From NCBI RefSeq assembly GCF_001194135.2, contig NC_068982.1, forward strand, positions 26,331,096 through 26,374,420: a stretch of DNA of 43,325 nt, in the 5' to 3' direction. The DNA comes from Octopus bimaculoides (Eukaryota). Below are positions 25,103 to 37,322 of this stretch, piece by piece. Numbering within the stretch: the stretch's first letter is position 1; each line of letters starts with the position of its first letter. Under the pieces are notes generated by a model. The model was not told the DNA's origin. It ran no database searches and worked only from the letters and a program-made list of their open reading frames with translations. The translations under genes were made by a program, and so were the position numbers.

Positions 25103-25208
25103 ATGTATGTATGTATGTATGTATGTATGTATGTATGTATGTGTGTATGTATGTATGTATGCATGTATGTATGTATGTATGCATGTATGTATGTATGTAT
25201 GTATGTAT

Positions 25209-25240
<32 letters not shown>
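25103..25240. repeat. (TATG)n(TATC)n microsatellite
   Basis: Seen directly. Confidence 0.95.
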
Positions 25241-25499
25241 TTATGTCAGTATTCAGTTTTATTTCAAGATTTCTTGCCAATAGAGAAGGAGCCAGTTTTT
25301 AACCTAGATAATCCTAGATTATTCTTCATTGTAGTTTGAACACCAACAACAGGGTATTTTTGTATGTATGAATGTATGTATGTATGTATGTATGTATGTA
25401 TGTATGTATGTATATGTGCACATTTGTATGTTTTGTTTTATGTATGTATTCTTATGCATATAGCTGTATATCTAGACGTGTTCATATATATATATAAGT

Positions 25500-26330
25500 G
25501 ATAAGTTTCTGGACGTTTTACAGATTTATGCAGTGATGGTTTGGATTTGGATTTCCAGTGATGGTTTGGATTTGCAATCTTCGAATTAGCTTCTTCCTTT
25601 CTGGTTTTGAGAAGACTAATTTCTCAACATTGGTATTTAGGCAGTTACACATCCTAGGGCGTCAGTAAGTACAGTTATAAACCTGAACTTGTAATCTGAA
25701 TAGAATAACTGCAGATTTCTCAAAAGTTCAGCGTAGGTATTCTCGTTTTCATTGATCTTCAGCTTTATATTAACATCCGCTGGGCAGCTAATTTCCACAA
25801 CTGCACACAGTTTCTCTTCTCAGTCACAAGACCTTATATCAGGTCTGTTGTGCTTCCATTTTTTTTTTAGGTTTACATTGAGACATTCCACCAGCACTCT
25901 TTTTATTACGATTGGCTTCTTATTTCTTTGTCCTCAAGGTTATCTTTCCGACGGATTTTATTATAAAGTGTCCTAGCTACATCATGTCGTATCGGTAGAT
26001 AACACCGTGATGACATTTTCGGACAACTGCTTATGATGTGGGTGATATCTTCGGTGTTACTCTACAAAGTCTGCATCGGTTGTCACATTTTCCTGCTTTT
26101 CCTGCATACCTTTCCTTTTTGTGCATCGGGTACTTGGTTGATATTTCTTATTCCTGGATTTCAAACGCATACCCTTCAAAGTGGGAGATGGTAATCCGGT
26201 TGTTGGTCCATCATAGACTGCTTTGATGATCAATGTTACTATCATCTCGGAGCTTTCAACTAACATATCCATGAAGTAGTTGTATGCTGTCAACTTAATG
26301 TGACAGTCCCCTGAATAGAATAATACTACT
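25500..26330 (-). mobile_element. R4/Dong-like LINE 3' fragment (knuckle plus RLE)
   Basis: DITHIISSCPKMSSRCYLPIRHDVARTLY; WWNVS; HNRPDI; VVEISCPADVNIKLKINENENTYAELLRNLQ. Confidence 0.88.
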
Positions 26331-26417
26331 GTTGGTTAGACCTAGGAAGTTGCACCGCTTCCTGTTTGCCTTGATACAAGAATCTGTGTAGCTTTCTAGG
26401 TCTAAACAACAACAGTA

Positions 26418-26433
26418 TTTTTATTATTATTAC

Positions 26434-26510
<77 letters not shown>

Positions 26511-26511
26511 A
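26418..26511. repeat. (ATT)n(AGT)n microsatellite
   Basis: Seen directly. Confidence 0.95.
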
Positions 26512-26540
26512 TACGTGCACGAACTGGTGCAACTGTTACT

Positions 26541-26650
26541 TGTGATCTGACAGAATCGTTTGCTCGTCGGACAAAATATTTAGCGGCATATTTTTCTGGG
26601 TTTTTGTTTTCTGTGATCAAATTCCGCCTAGTTCGACTTACACTTTTGTA
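26541..26650 (+). mobile_element. SINE family A, decayed 5' half
   Basis: gacagaatcgtttgctcgtcggacaaaatatttagcggcat...caaattccgcctagttcgactt aligns to the head of the 12921-13148 copy. Confidence 0.65.
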
Positions 26651-28458
26651 GCTGTGCTGAAGTGGCTACAGCAGTGCGTATCTCAGGATTCGAGTATTAG
26701 ATTTAAGGATTGTGTAAATGTATCGTTGAGAAGTATCTTTACATAATGCAAAAGTTACTCAACCAACATTTCATGATGGTCAGGATACGACATTCGGTCA
26801 CCGGTGAGAAACCCTAACAACTCGATCAATGACAGTTATGCTAGGAAGAAAACCGGCACACTATAGAATAATACACCAAATTAATATTACGTAAGTCACA
26901 AATTTCGATAGGTCATTGAGTGACCAGCTGGAGTCTTTGTCATTAGTCATTTTATGAAATACTAACTAGCATAGAGTATTCCGTCTCTCTTAAGTCGACA
27001 CTTAAAATTATCCAGTTATGTAATTATCCCACTGACACATATTTCTATTTATAATGAAATAACTGCAATATTTAAGAGTCAGTAGTCTTAATCATATTCG
27101 CAGCAAGATGTCGGTACACAATCTATGAACCCATCAAATGCTTGTCTCATGTCCTCGACCTGTTTCAGTTCTCGAACTGATGTTATATAAATATAAATTT
27201 ACTTTTCTTCCCCATCCCCCAGTGTCTTGTCTATTTATTATGACAATTTAAGTGGATGATGGATGCCTAAATTTAAATGTTGATATCATTCTGTTGCGCA
27301 CACCCAAGGTTACTACTATTTAAAACATTTGGCAACTTTTCAAAATTATAACCTTAGCACACTTTCAGAATATTTAACCGTGTTACAGTTTTAAAATTAT
27401 CAACTTTGGTATATTTCCAAGAGAGCTTCCATCCCTTTCTACTATTCGAAAAGCTATTTTAGGGAGATATTATCACATTTTAAATAAAAATAATAATTAA
27501 TAAAAAGTGTTTGTACACAAAATTGCTTTTTAACAAATAATCCACAAAATTTCACCCGCTTGTTTTCAGTTTATATTAAGATTAGGTACGATAGACTAAT
27601 AGAGTAACGGAAAAAAATGATAATTGATAATACTATTATTATTTTTAATGCTGAATAAATTTACATTCCCATTAGGTCGTTAATTCTCTCAGATTAAGGG
27701 CATTCTCTATCACACTCAGTACTTTGGGTTTCATGACTAAGAAACATTAACAAAAATCTACCGGTGAATCGAAGCATAGATCAGGTTGGAGCCCCCATTT
27801 GAACACCTCCTTTCTGAATTATAACACACGTTGAAAACAACGTAGAAACCACAATCTTCACCACAAATCTCAGCTTTTGTTATTTGATTTTAGAAACGAA
27901 TAATTATTAAATTCTTTTCAGGAGATACATAGTACATTTTGTAGCGGGGGAGTCATGATATATCAATTGCATTCCATTCCCTTGAAATTACAATGTAGAA
28001 ACTGAAGACTTCCTTTGCGTAAAGTATCTAGTGGAAGACAAACTGGAAGAGCTTATCTCATTTGAGTTGACTGACTCTGACTATGACCAGAAAACATACC
28101 GACAAGACTTATGCGTACTGAGATGCCTCAGTAGTGATCCTGAATCGTGAATTTGATTCGTCGAGAGTTAATCTCTGATTTATACTGCTCATATAATTAC
28201 GTCAATACAGCTGAGAAATTTATTGCTGCTAATGCTGCAGATCTTATGTATTCAATTTCATAGCTATAGTTTTTTTTCAATGATTTCAAAGGATTTTAGT
28301 ATTTTAATGTTTGGAGAAAAGAAGAGAAAATTTATAGAGAAATGAAATATAGAGTCGCATTACAGTAGCCATTAGGAATTTTAATGAAATAGCATTAAAC
28401 TTGAAGTGAAACTGCTTCCAAGACATTAATATTTACTATCAAATGAAAGCTAAAGTAC

Positions 28459-28651
28459 AATGCTTGTTGATTCACATTGTTTTGAATTAATCATACATGA
28501 ATTGTCTCATAGTTTTGACGTCTCAGTGATAAGGCTGTTTATTTTTAGAATGACATTGCAGGACGGGTGTGAGAGGCCAGATCTGATCGGTTTGAACATA
28601 GATCAGGTAAAATATTTTGGTCGCATATGGCTAGTTTAAATGCTAACGGGT
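28459..28651. mobile_element. Probable non-autonomous DNA element (MITE-like) fragment
   Basis: Recognised from memory as an octopus interspersed repeat ending ...aaatgcta(a)agggttaa. There is no second copy in the window to confirm it. Confidence 0.35.
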
Positions 28652-28829
28652 CAGATATGATCTCTATACAGATAATATAAAAGTAGTAGCACTAATTATG
28701 AATATCAATAATAGGATGAGTGAAAATGCTTTAGACTAGCGTTTTGCTTCCTAACTTCACAAATAATAGTACCTCACACATGTAGTGTGATAGTAAATGA
28801 TAGTAGTGATAACATTATCATACCGGTCT

Positions 28830-29510
28830 TTATATTATGAGTCCCATTTTTGATGATATCTCATACTGGACAAAGGTTCCTATACAATTTTTCATTGGTT
28901 ACCCGATTTCTCCAGGTGACATTCAAAGCCACACTTAGCATGTAAGTGCTGGCTCCATTCAATCTTCTTTCCAATTTTGCGGTAAGAGCCTATGCGGAGC
29001 AGCCACTCACTAGAACAGAGATCACAGTTGCTCGAAACACGTTCCTTTTCATTTTGTCTGGAAGTCCAGATTTCTACACTAAAACGAAGTTGTCGGCGGC
29101 ACCCTAGGCCTTATCAACGTCTTTGTTTATATTGCTTTTGCAGCTAGAGATTTTATCATCTAGGTAAGTAAATCCTACTACACAGCTGAGAGGTACGAAA
29201 GATGCTGTCTCGATTGATCCGTTTTGATTTAAGCTTGTGTATTCTGTTCCGTCTGAGTTAACATGCTGACCGATACTTTTGGCTGAATGTTCAAGAGTAT
29301 GGAAGACTGTTTCTGCACGTCTTATTAGATCGGAGAGGAGCAAAAACTCATCTGCATAATCGGCATTTGTAATTTTTATGGCAGTATATATATTACTCCT
29401 TCGTAGATGTAGTGTGAATCCATTGTCTTTAATGATGTCGATAGAAGTTCTGACAATGTAATCCAAACAAATGATGAAGATATAAAATATCAACTAGTTG
29501 TACTCTTGCA
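28830..29510 (-). mobile_element. RTE-clade LINE fragment (RT domains 5-7 and downstream)
   Basis: ICLDYIVRTSID; ITNADYADEFLLLSD; SAKSIGQHVNSDGTEY; FTYLDDKISS; LPDKMKRNVFRATVISVL. Confidence 0.88.
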
Positions 29511-29636
29511 ACAATTTCAAAGAAATTCGCATTGTCATCGCAAGATCGCACCATTGAATATGAGTTTTTGTTGAGCATCATTACGGAGAGAAAGCTACTA
29601 TGGAAGACTCATAGTATAACTTATTATTATGATATA

Positions 29637-30277
29637 TCAGGTCATCCTATAAGTTCTGTTCGATTTTACCATTTTTTAAAAGTGAATGAAATTTAATAGT
29701 ATTTTAGAATATCTAATGAAATTAAAAATTATTTTTATGCATTTGTGTACATTTAAACTAATTAAATATTATTTTACATAATAATAGAATTTAAATTTCT
29801 TTGATTAAAACCCTTTCTAACATGGAAGTATCCAATGAACATTTAAGGCACATAATGCTTTCTGAATACAAAAAAGGAAACTCTGCAGCCGAAGCGACTC
29901 GAAGCATACACTCAGTTTATGGGAAGGAATCCTTGAATGAAAGAACTTGCAGGAGATGGTTTGAAAATCTCAGAAGTGGAGATGTCCGCCTTGAAGATGA
30001 ATATCGAACAAGACGTCTAGTTGAGTTTGATGATAAGCTCCTTGAGGCATTACTTGAAGAAAATCCTGCATTATCAGTTGAAAAATTGGCAATAAAGCTT
30101 AGTTCAAACCATACAACTGTTCATCGTCATCTTCAACAACTTGGAAAGGTTCCTAAACTTGGAAAATGTGTACTCCAGGAATTGTCCGAAAATAACCGCA
30201 AATCCCGAGTTGACATCTGCTCTTCTCTCCATTCTCGCGAACTCATTTCACCCTTTTTGGATAGACTTGGGACTGAT
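29637..30277 (+). mobile_element. mariner 5' half (TIR, HTH DNA-binding domain and first D), cecropia/mellifera-like
   Basis: TIR tcaggtcatcctataagttctg after TA. ATG at 29822 gives MEVSNEHLRHIMLSEYKKG...CRRWF...CVLQEL (WVPHEL)...GTDD (TGDE), with no stops. Confidence 0.92.
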
Positions 30278-30650
30278 GACGACTGAACCAGGGACGACTG
30301 AACCAGGTGGTCCCAAGGCTGACAACCCGTGGGGAACTGGAGGCAGCTTTCCACAGGGTATGGGCACAGGGGTCAATGTCTTTTGTGAACCACCTCATGC
30401 ACTCCATGTACCGACAGTGAGTGGCGGTTTTGAACACCCAGGGAGAGCATACATGGTATTGAACATATCACGCCCTACAATCTCGATGTGCTGGATCCGC
30501 TCACTACCAGAACACACAGGACAACGACCCACAGACTGTGGTCAAAGTGCATCCAAGAAATTGACATCAGATTTTCTCAAAATTTATCTCTGACATACTG
30601 AAATTAAAACATATTTCACACACGTCTCGCGTTTCTTTTGCGGTTCAGTG
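30278..30650 (+). mobile_element. Tc1-type transposon 3' end
   Basis: RLNQ...LTTRGELEAAFHRVWAQGSMSFVNHLMHSMYRQ*VAVLNTQGEHTWY* is a Tc1 C-terminus. The end ...tttcttttgcggttcagtg followed by TA is a Tc1-type TIR. Confidence 0.8.
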
Positions 30651-31064
30651 TAGTTACGTAGAAGCTAAATATGAAACTACCAGGAACAGAAATATGTACT
30701 AAAAAACCACATTCCTTTATATCTAGCTTGATGAAACTTTCATTCGTGGAAAATCTACCTCAAATTGCTGGACGAGGAATTAACTTTCCAGACGCATTCC
30801 TTCTCTGCCTGCTATATTTTAATTTGTCTTAGTGACGTGTTTTTCTCTAAAAGTGCTCAATAGATCTTCATATATACTATGACATATTTGGGGCAACAAC
30901 ATTAAGTCTATAACCTGAAAGAATAAACAGAAAAGGTCAACTTCTGCTAGACGATATGAAGGAAATATATACGAGCTTACCTACACTATATCTCTGTGTG
31001 TGCATGCAGTAGGTACGTATATATTTCAATGCATAGTCATCTGCGTTCTTATATAAATAAATAA

Positions 31065-31118
<54 letters not shown>

Positions 31119-32056
31119 GAGTGTGTGTGTGTGTTTGTATATATATATTATATGTATATGTTATAATATATATACATATAATATATGTTATACGCATATG
31201 TATATTATGTGTGTGTGCGATTGTGAACATATGTGTGTCTGTATGTGTGTGGATTTATGTAAGTACATATTTCTGTATGTATCTATATTGTTCCCTATTT
31301 GTTTTCTCTAGGTTTTCGCTTATAAATTATAATGTTGTATTAGTTACCCCGCCCTGTATCAGCTCATTAATTAGTCTCCGGTTTCTCTTGTCATTCAAAA
31401 ACAATTTAATGATACGGGCGTATGTATAGCTTAGCAATTTTTAATTAGAGTTTATTTTCTAACAGTTTTATTAGTTTGTTCTGATGGGGCCGTCTCGTGC
31501 TCATTCTCGTTTCAGAGGTCAGTGTGATGGAAGCCATGTATATTTAAACTCTTTCACTTCGATATTTGGGGGAAAATATGAGAAAGGAAGGACTTTCGAA
31601 GACCCAGCATGCTGATAAGAAATGACTAGGCTGTGTGTTGGGACGGTGGAACAATATGCATAAGGCTTTATTGTTATTCTTTACTTTTAAGAATCTACAA
31701 AATCTATAATGAATTAAGTTGAAATAAGAAGTGGAAAAAGTTTAAGCTTTAACGTGTCTCTTGCAAAACAAACTTGTTGATAGGAAGGACGTTTTTCTAA
31801 TAGATTCTGTTACTAACTAATATTGTTTGTCATTATTTTCTCCAAGCGGCTGCAACCGAGATGCTTTTCAACAAGAATCTATATAACTTACTAGCTTCGT
31901 TTTTAGCATCGGTAGTTCCTCAATTTCATGTTGCGTGTCTCTGCTAATTACATCAATGTAGCATCATTGTCTTCCTCCTCATTTAGGCTGCAGAAGTTTC
32001 CAAAATGATAGCTATATTGAAAAGAATGTAAAAGCGACATAGTTTTTTCTTATATC

Positions 32057-32890
32057 GTACACTGGCTTTTCAAATTGCACATGTTTCTGAAGTATCTCTT
32101 ACACTATACAAAAGTGTAACTCAGTATACTCTCCATCAGAAGCGATGCATTTGGGCCAGCATTCGAATCCTCTTTGAAAAGAATTCAGATGCGTACTGTT
32201 GTACCAAATTCTTTATAGCTATTTCCAACTGGTCTGTGTCATCAAATCGCTGTCGTCGAAGTTTGTATTTCATTGGACCAAACAGAAGAAACTCAGAAGG
32301 TGTTAGATGCGGCGTGTACTTCGAGGAACAACAACTGGCTAGAAGTTCCCAGGAGATCAGAGTAACTTTCTGTCCTTCAAATCGAGTGTCAGCTGATGAG
32401 GTGCTCACAATGTCCTACATCCTTTTTCGTAACGCGCTCTGACCACAAACTTTGCAACACGCTTTCAGATTTGGATTCCTCTGTCCGTGCGTATCAATTC
32501 GTCACCTTATCGGTAGTTTGTGTCTGTGTCACAATTGGTTGTCTGCAACTGTGTTGTTTGTTGTAAATGCCTGTTTACCATTCTTTAATCTTTTTCATCC
32601 AAGTGGGTACATTGCCCAGTTGGTTTTTTGCTTATGGTTTTATTTTCCACTAACCACCCTCAGCCTTCTCTAGATGTCATACAGCTTGAATACCTCTTTC
32701 CACAAGAAGTGAATGACAGTATGTTGCTTCTACTTGGAGCACATTATTTGCTTGCAATGAAGAAACAGAAGTGTTAAGTGTTAATGTGTAGGAAGTGTTA
32801 TTTTACCAACATGTCCAATTTGAATGACCGATGTCAGTTAATAAAAACAGTTATGCCTATAGTTGCAATGATTTTGATACAACACTCATA
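32057..32890 (-). mobile_element. Decayed, internally deleted mariner
   Basis: C-terminal SWELL...YTPHLTPSEFLLFGPMKYKLRRQRF...EFFSKRI...GEY, with a degraded HTH upstream. The TIRs are only weakly recognisable. Confidence 0.75.
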
Positions 32891-34360
32891 GAATATAGAA
32901 CATCTGACGAGACCCGGTCTTTAGCCCCCTTTTTTATTGAGCATCAACAGTAGAAATAGGGGGAATGTTTCAATAAATTTCCTCTTTGGTCTCGGGCTTA
33001 TGACATGATATGTTTTGAGTCTGCATTACCATTATACCAGCCCTTGTTACTTTTAAAGTGTCTATAGAGTATCATTTAACTTTCCAATTACTGTAGTAAA
33101 TATTTATTCGCGAAAAGAATTTCTTTAAATCTTTCTTGTTCGTTAATTTTTATAATCCGCGAACAATAGAGAGTGAACAACTAGTAACATGGATGCTGCA
33201 ATATATTTCCTTGTAACAGATTCATCTGTCTGCCTGAATCACTAATTTTGCAATTGACAAAAGGCAAGCAAACCAGTGCTTTACTTTGTTGTATTTGGAG
33301 TTATGATAGAAAAACTTTAAAGCGATGACCCTACTTTACCAATAGTTATTTTCCCAAAAAGGTTGAATACATATTAGAAGCTGAATGAGATGAGACACGT
33401 AAGGCAGAAATTCCTTCTCTACGTCATAAAAAAGTGCTAATAGTGAATATTAGCGCCATACCCATTAAGTAAATCGACCTGTTTTGACCTTTACTCTCGC
33501 CGATAATCAAATATAGAAGGTGCCAAACTGGCCGCTAAGTTAATTATCAAGGATAGTCGAGCGTTCTTCTCAGTGAAAGTTTGTATATTATAATCATAAG
33601 ATATTTGACCGTCTATAATATCAGTTACTGGTATGTACTTATTGCAATTCGTTTAACTATACGATTGATATTTCAACAGAATTTCGCTTTTTATCTCAAA
33701 GTTCAAAATGATAGCACAGAAAAAAATGACAGAATTTCAGTTTTATTTTATATCTTAAAATTCACAAATACAGTAAACAATAAGCGTAAGTTCCATAAAA
33801 AATCAATCATCTGAGATCTGATGGTGATTTATAGCCATATCATTTCTAATGATTTATTTTAACCCACTGCATTAAATTTGACACGTCCACCCCTAATAGG
33901 TAGCAATAAAGAGAATTTTCTATTTCACTGAATATTGTCTTTGATGTTGATTACAGGGCACGATGTCTTTCTTTAAAATGCTAAAACCTGTTCATCCTGT
34001 TGCAACAAAACTGAGCCATGCTAAATACATTAAACTTCCGCATTTTATTCATTACAGCCAGGAAAGTATCATCAAGACAAAAATGAACATTTCTCTCGTA
34101 TTTCTATCGAGATCAAGCTATATACACTAAAATGGTTTATTTCTGTGACACATAGTTGTTGATTCACATTGAAAGAGATGTTTCAGCATCTAATTAAAAA
34201 TTCGTGACATGCGTGTGGAAGTTTAATTTAAAATGTCTAATTTAACCCACCGATAAGTAACTGAAATGTCAAGAATCTCTATAAAAGAAAAGACGAAACG
34301 TAAGAAATAAAAACCTTAAGACTACAAACTAATGGTGAAAATAGTCAAAATACTCGCACA

Positions 34361-34397
<37 letters not shown>

Positions 34398-34403
<6 letters not shown>

Positions 34404-35389
34404 TGTCCGAAAATTTCTGAGCTCTTTAACAATGTGCAAAAAAGCATATAAATAATTGACCTTTCAATGAATTTTATTAAATGAAATAATTTCTATTATT
34501 ATTAATGACCTTTGCCCAACTATCAAGCAATTTAAATATTCCATCAGTATAAAATTTGACGAGAGAACACATCAGAATTAATGGTCTGTTTTTGTTGGAG
34601 AAGCTCATAATAAATAATGCCATTCTTAACCCCCCCAAACAGCTTAGTTTTTGGTGTGGATATTCGTCTTTGGTTACTGTTTTAGGGGGATCTTTACGCA
34701 AACTCCGGGATTTTTTCCGCACTACGTTCTCCTATCAATCCATTTTTCCTCTCCAGTCACAAGTTGTTTCAAAAAAGTATGTTTCATTCCGTTTCAAAAG
34801 CATAACGCAAACGGATTACCGGCCACGTAATTCTTATCTGATAATTTGCGAGGGATCCATACATTATGGTGAGAAATGTATCCTAGCTTCACTAGGTGTT
34901 CATGAGCCGTAGTGTTGTAGAAACTTCCAACCACCCCTCTGTCATTCCTCTAGTCGTTATATTTGAGTTTCTTTCGATTTTCCATTCAAAACATCTTCAT
35001 CCAATTTTGAAGGTCTTCCACTGCTATTGCCACCTTCCAAGCTAAACTCTCCAGCATAAAATTTTGCAAACCACCTTCGAAAAGTTGATTCACCTACATC
35101 ATCAGCATAAACTTCACAAATGCTTTTCCAAGTCTTTGCAGCATTTTCTTCTTTTTTAAGAAAAGAAAAACGTTACAACGCGTATATGAAAGTTTTCGTT
35201 ATGAATTTCAAATGTCAATAAAGAGTAACCGGAATGAAAGATAAATCTATTTTTAGTCAGGAACAAAGAAAAGATGCAGTACCATTTCAAGCAACGCCAA
35301 AGTTTTAACTGTGTTACGTTTCAGGTGTGTTCAATGAAGCATTAAAAGATTTAGCTTAAAAACGCTCAGAACTTTCCGGACAACCTAAT
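34398..35389 (-). mobile_element. Non-autonomous mariner with both TIRs (~990 bp)
   Basis: TIRs taaggttgtccgaaaatttctgagc and (reverse complement) taggttgtccggaaagttctgagc. Protein remnants TFRRWFAKF, VWIPRKL, LVTGEEKWI and GIIYYELL are joined by deletion to FYTDGIFKLLDSWAKVINNNRNYFI*. Confidence 0.93.
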
Positions 35390-35561
35390 GTATATATAAA
35401 GTAAAATTTAATTGCCAACATAATATGGCTGTCCTGTAAGGGACATTGTTACTCTTTATTAGCCCCAAGAAACAACGTTTCTAACCGGCTATATGACACA
35501 TTATCTGTGTCCATATATTTTCGAACAAGGAATTTAGCATCCACACCCAGCACGAAAACAT

Positions 35562-35602
35562 CTGTAGACTAGTTCTAGGGTTATTGCGCTTCATCAACAC
35601 AG
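35562..35602 (-). ncRNA. Degenerate minimal hammerhead (copy 1)
   Basis: CUGUG UUGAUGA agcgc aaua acccu AGAAC UA GUC UACAG. U3 variant with palindromic helix III ACUAGU; the GAAA box and stem II are mutated. Confidence 0.55.
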
Positions 35603-35906
35603 GGTAACTGCTTGGCTAGGTGGCACTGCTGACTTCACGGTTCGAACATACAGATTTCAAAGTGACATACAACCACTGATCTATAAATAGAAATAACATT
35701 ATTTCTAAATCTCTGCGAGACATACAGTAACATTTCTTTAAAGTGAAATGTAATTGCCAACATAATATGGCTGTTTTGTAAGGGATGTTGTTACTGTTTA
35801 TTAGCCTTAAGAAATATCGTTTCTAGCTGACTACCCGACACATTATCTATGTCCTTATATTTTCGAACCGGGAATTCAGCATCCCCGCCCAGCACAAAAA
35901 CAACAT

Positions 35907-35963
35907 CTGTGGACTAGTTCCAGGGCTATTGCCTCTCAGGGTTATTGCCCTTCATCAACAGAG
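35907..35963 (-). ncRNA. Degenerate minimal hammerhead (copy 2)
   Basis: CUCUG UUGAUGA AGGGC AAUA ...(duplicated stem II)... GCCCU GGAAC UA GUC CACAG. The GAAA box reads GGAA. Confidence 0.55.
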
Positions 35964-35989
35964 AGGATACTGAATTCCCGGTTGGAAAA

Positions 35990-36127
35990 TATTGGGTCAT
36001 CCCTCAAATAATGCGTTTTTTATACTTCTTTTATTTTTCAAAATCAAAATAAACAAAGTTCTTCTTTAATCTAAAATATACTCTCCTTCATTTTCTACAA
36101 TGCTCTTCCATCTATCTGGTAGACTTG
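35990..36127 (-). mobile_element. mariner 3' end (TIR plus last codons)
   Basis: TIR tattgggtcatccc; the minus strand reads SLPDRWKSIVENEGEYILD*. Confidence 0.85.
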
Positions 36128-36137
36128 CAAGGCCCCT

Positions 36138-36348
36138 CTGGGAGGAGATGCTGAATTCCCGGTTCGAAAATATAAGGACACAGATAATGTGTCGTATAGC
36201 CAACTAGAAACGATGTTTCTAAGGGCTAATAAACAGTAACAACGTCGCTTACAGAACAGCCATATTATGTTGGCAATTACATTTTACTTTAAAGAAATGT
36301 TACTGCATATCTGTCTCTGAGAAATTCAGAAATAATGCTATTTCTATA
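36138..36348 (+). mobile_element. Inverted third copy of the HHR-repeat body (no HHR)
   Basis: Reverse complement of about 35688-35892. Confidence 0.9.
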
Positions 36349-36424
36349 TACATATCACATATATATATATATATATATATGTATACAAATACATATACAA
36401 ATAGGTATTTGTCTCTGTGTGTGT

Positions 36425-36467
<43 letters not shown>

Positions 36468-37278
36468 TATACACGCACGCGCGCACACATATGTGCATTT
36501 CCACCGTTAAATAAAGAAGTGGGTACGAGTGACAATTCTGTAAATGATAATAATTGTAAACTTAAAGCATACAAACGATCGCTGTGTATTAGCTAAAGAA
36601 GATGTCTAATATTGATTTATATAAGCCCTCAACGTAAAAAAGTGTTTGTGCTTTTTTTTTTTTGTATGTATGAGAATCGGATAAGCAAACAATATTCAGT
36701 TAATACTTAACACAAAACGCATTGGTTTCGCAATCTGTAAAAATCTATAACGTAAAGAGATTGTAGATATACAGCAATACATGCAACCCACTATTTCATC
36801 TATTTTCAGCAAATCTCAAGTTGTCCAACATTTCCTGCGCCCTTTTCAGTTCTTCATGTCACTCATATTCTATGGCGTGAAAATATTCGACGAAAGCAGA
36901 GATTTATGATGTCATGTAAATTATCAAATACCTTCGTTCTCCACCTTTCAAAACCTAACACAATACTAAGCAATTTTCTGAATAGTTTGTCTTAATAGTT
37001 TATCTTCTGAATAATTTGTCTGCTGTCCGTCCGGTGTATGGAAGATACGAGAATCTTTATTAATCGCTACAATCTTTGCGACCCACCTAGCATCAACCCT
37101 CGCGGCTGACATACAACACATCTGGTTTTGATGTACCCCTTATGTGATTTCAAGAAGTATCTCGTTAAAATAAAGTTTAGGATGGGTTGAAACAATTGTA
37201 GTGATCAATAAACATGCTCGTACCTTCTCTCTTCTGTCTCTCTCATTAATTACATACCCAACGGACACTGAAACATAG

Positions 37279-37322
<44 letters not shown>

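Larger units (their letters stand above)
35397..35963 (-). mobile_element. Tandem HHR-bearing repeat (retrozyme- or pLTR-like), ~1.6 units, period 345 bp
   Basis: 35397-35602 and about 35740-35963 are direct repeats. Each starts, in minus-strand sense, with a hammerhead-like motif. Confidence 0.85.

Noticed and set aside
25531-25574. 19-bp duplication cagtgatggtttggatttg, and similar 15-16-bp triplication at about 42297-42345
   Set aside because: These are ordinary slippage duplications inside dead LINE copies.
26336-26403. 13-bp inverted repeat (tagacctaggaag / ctttctaggtcta)
   Set aside because: Too short and single-copy, and it lies at a LINE/microsatellite boundary, so chance cannot be excluded.
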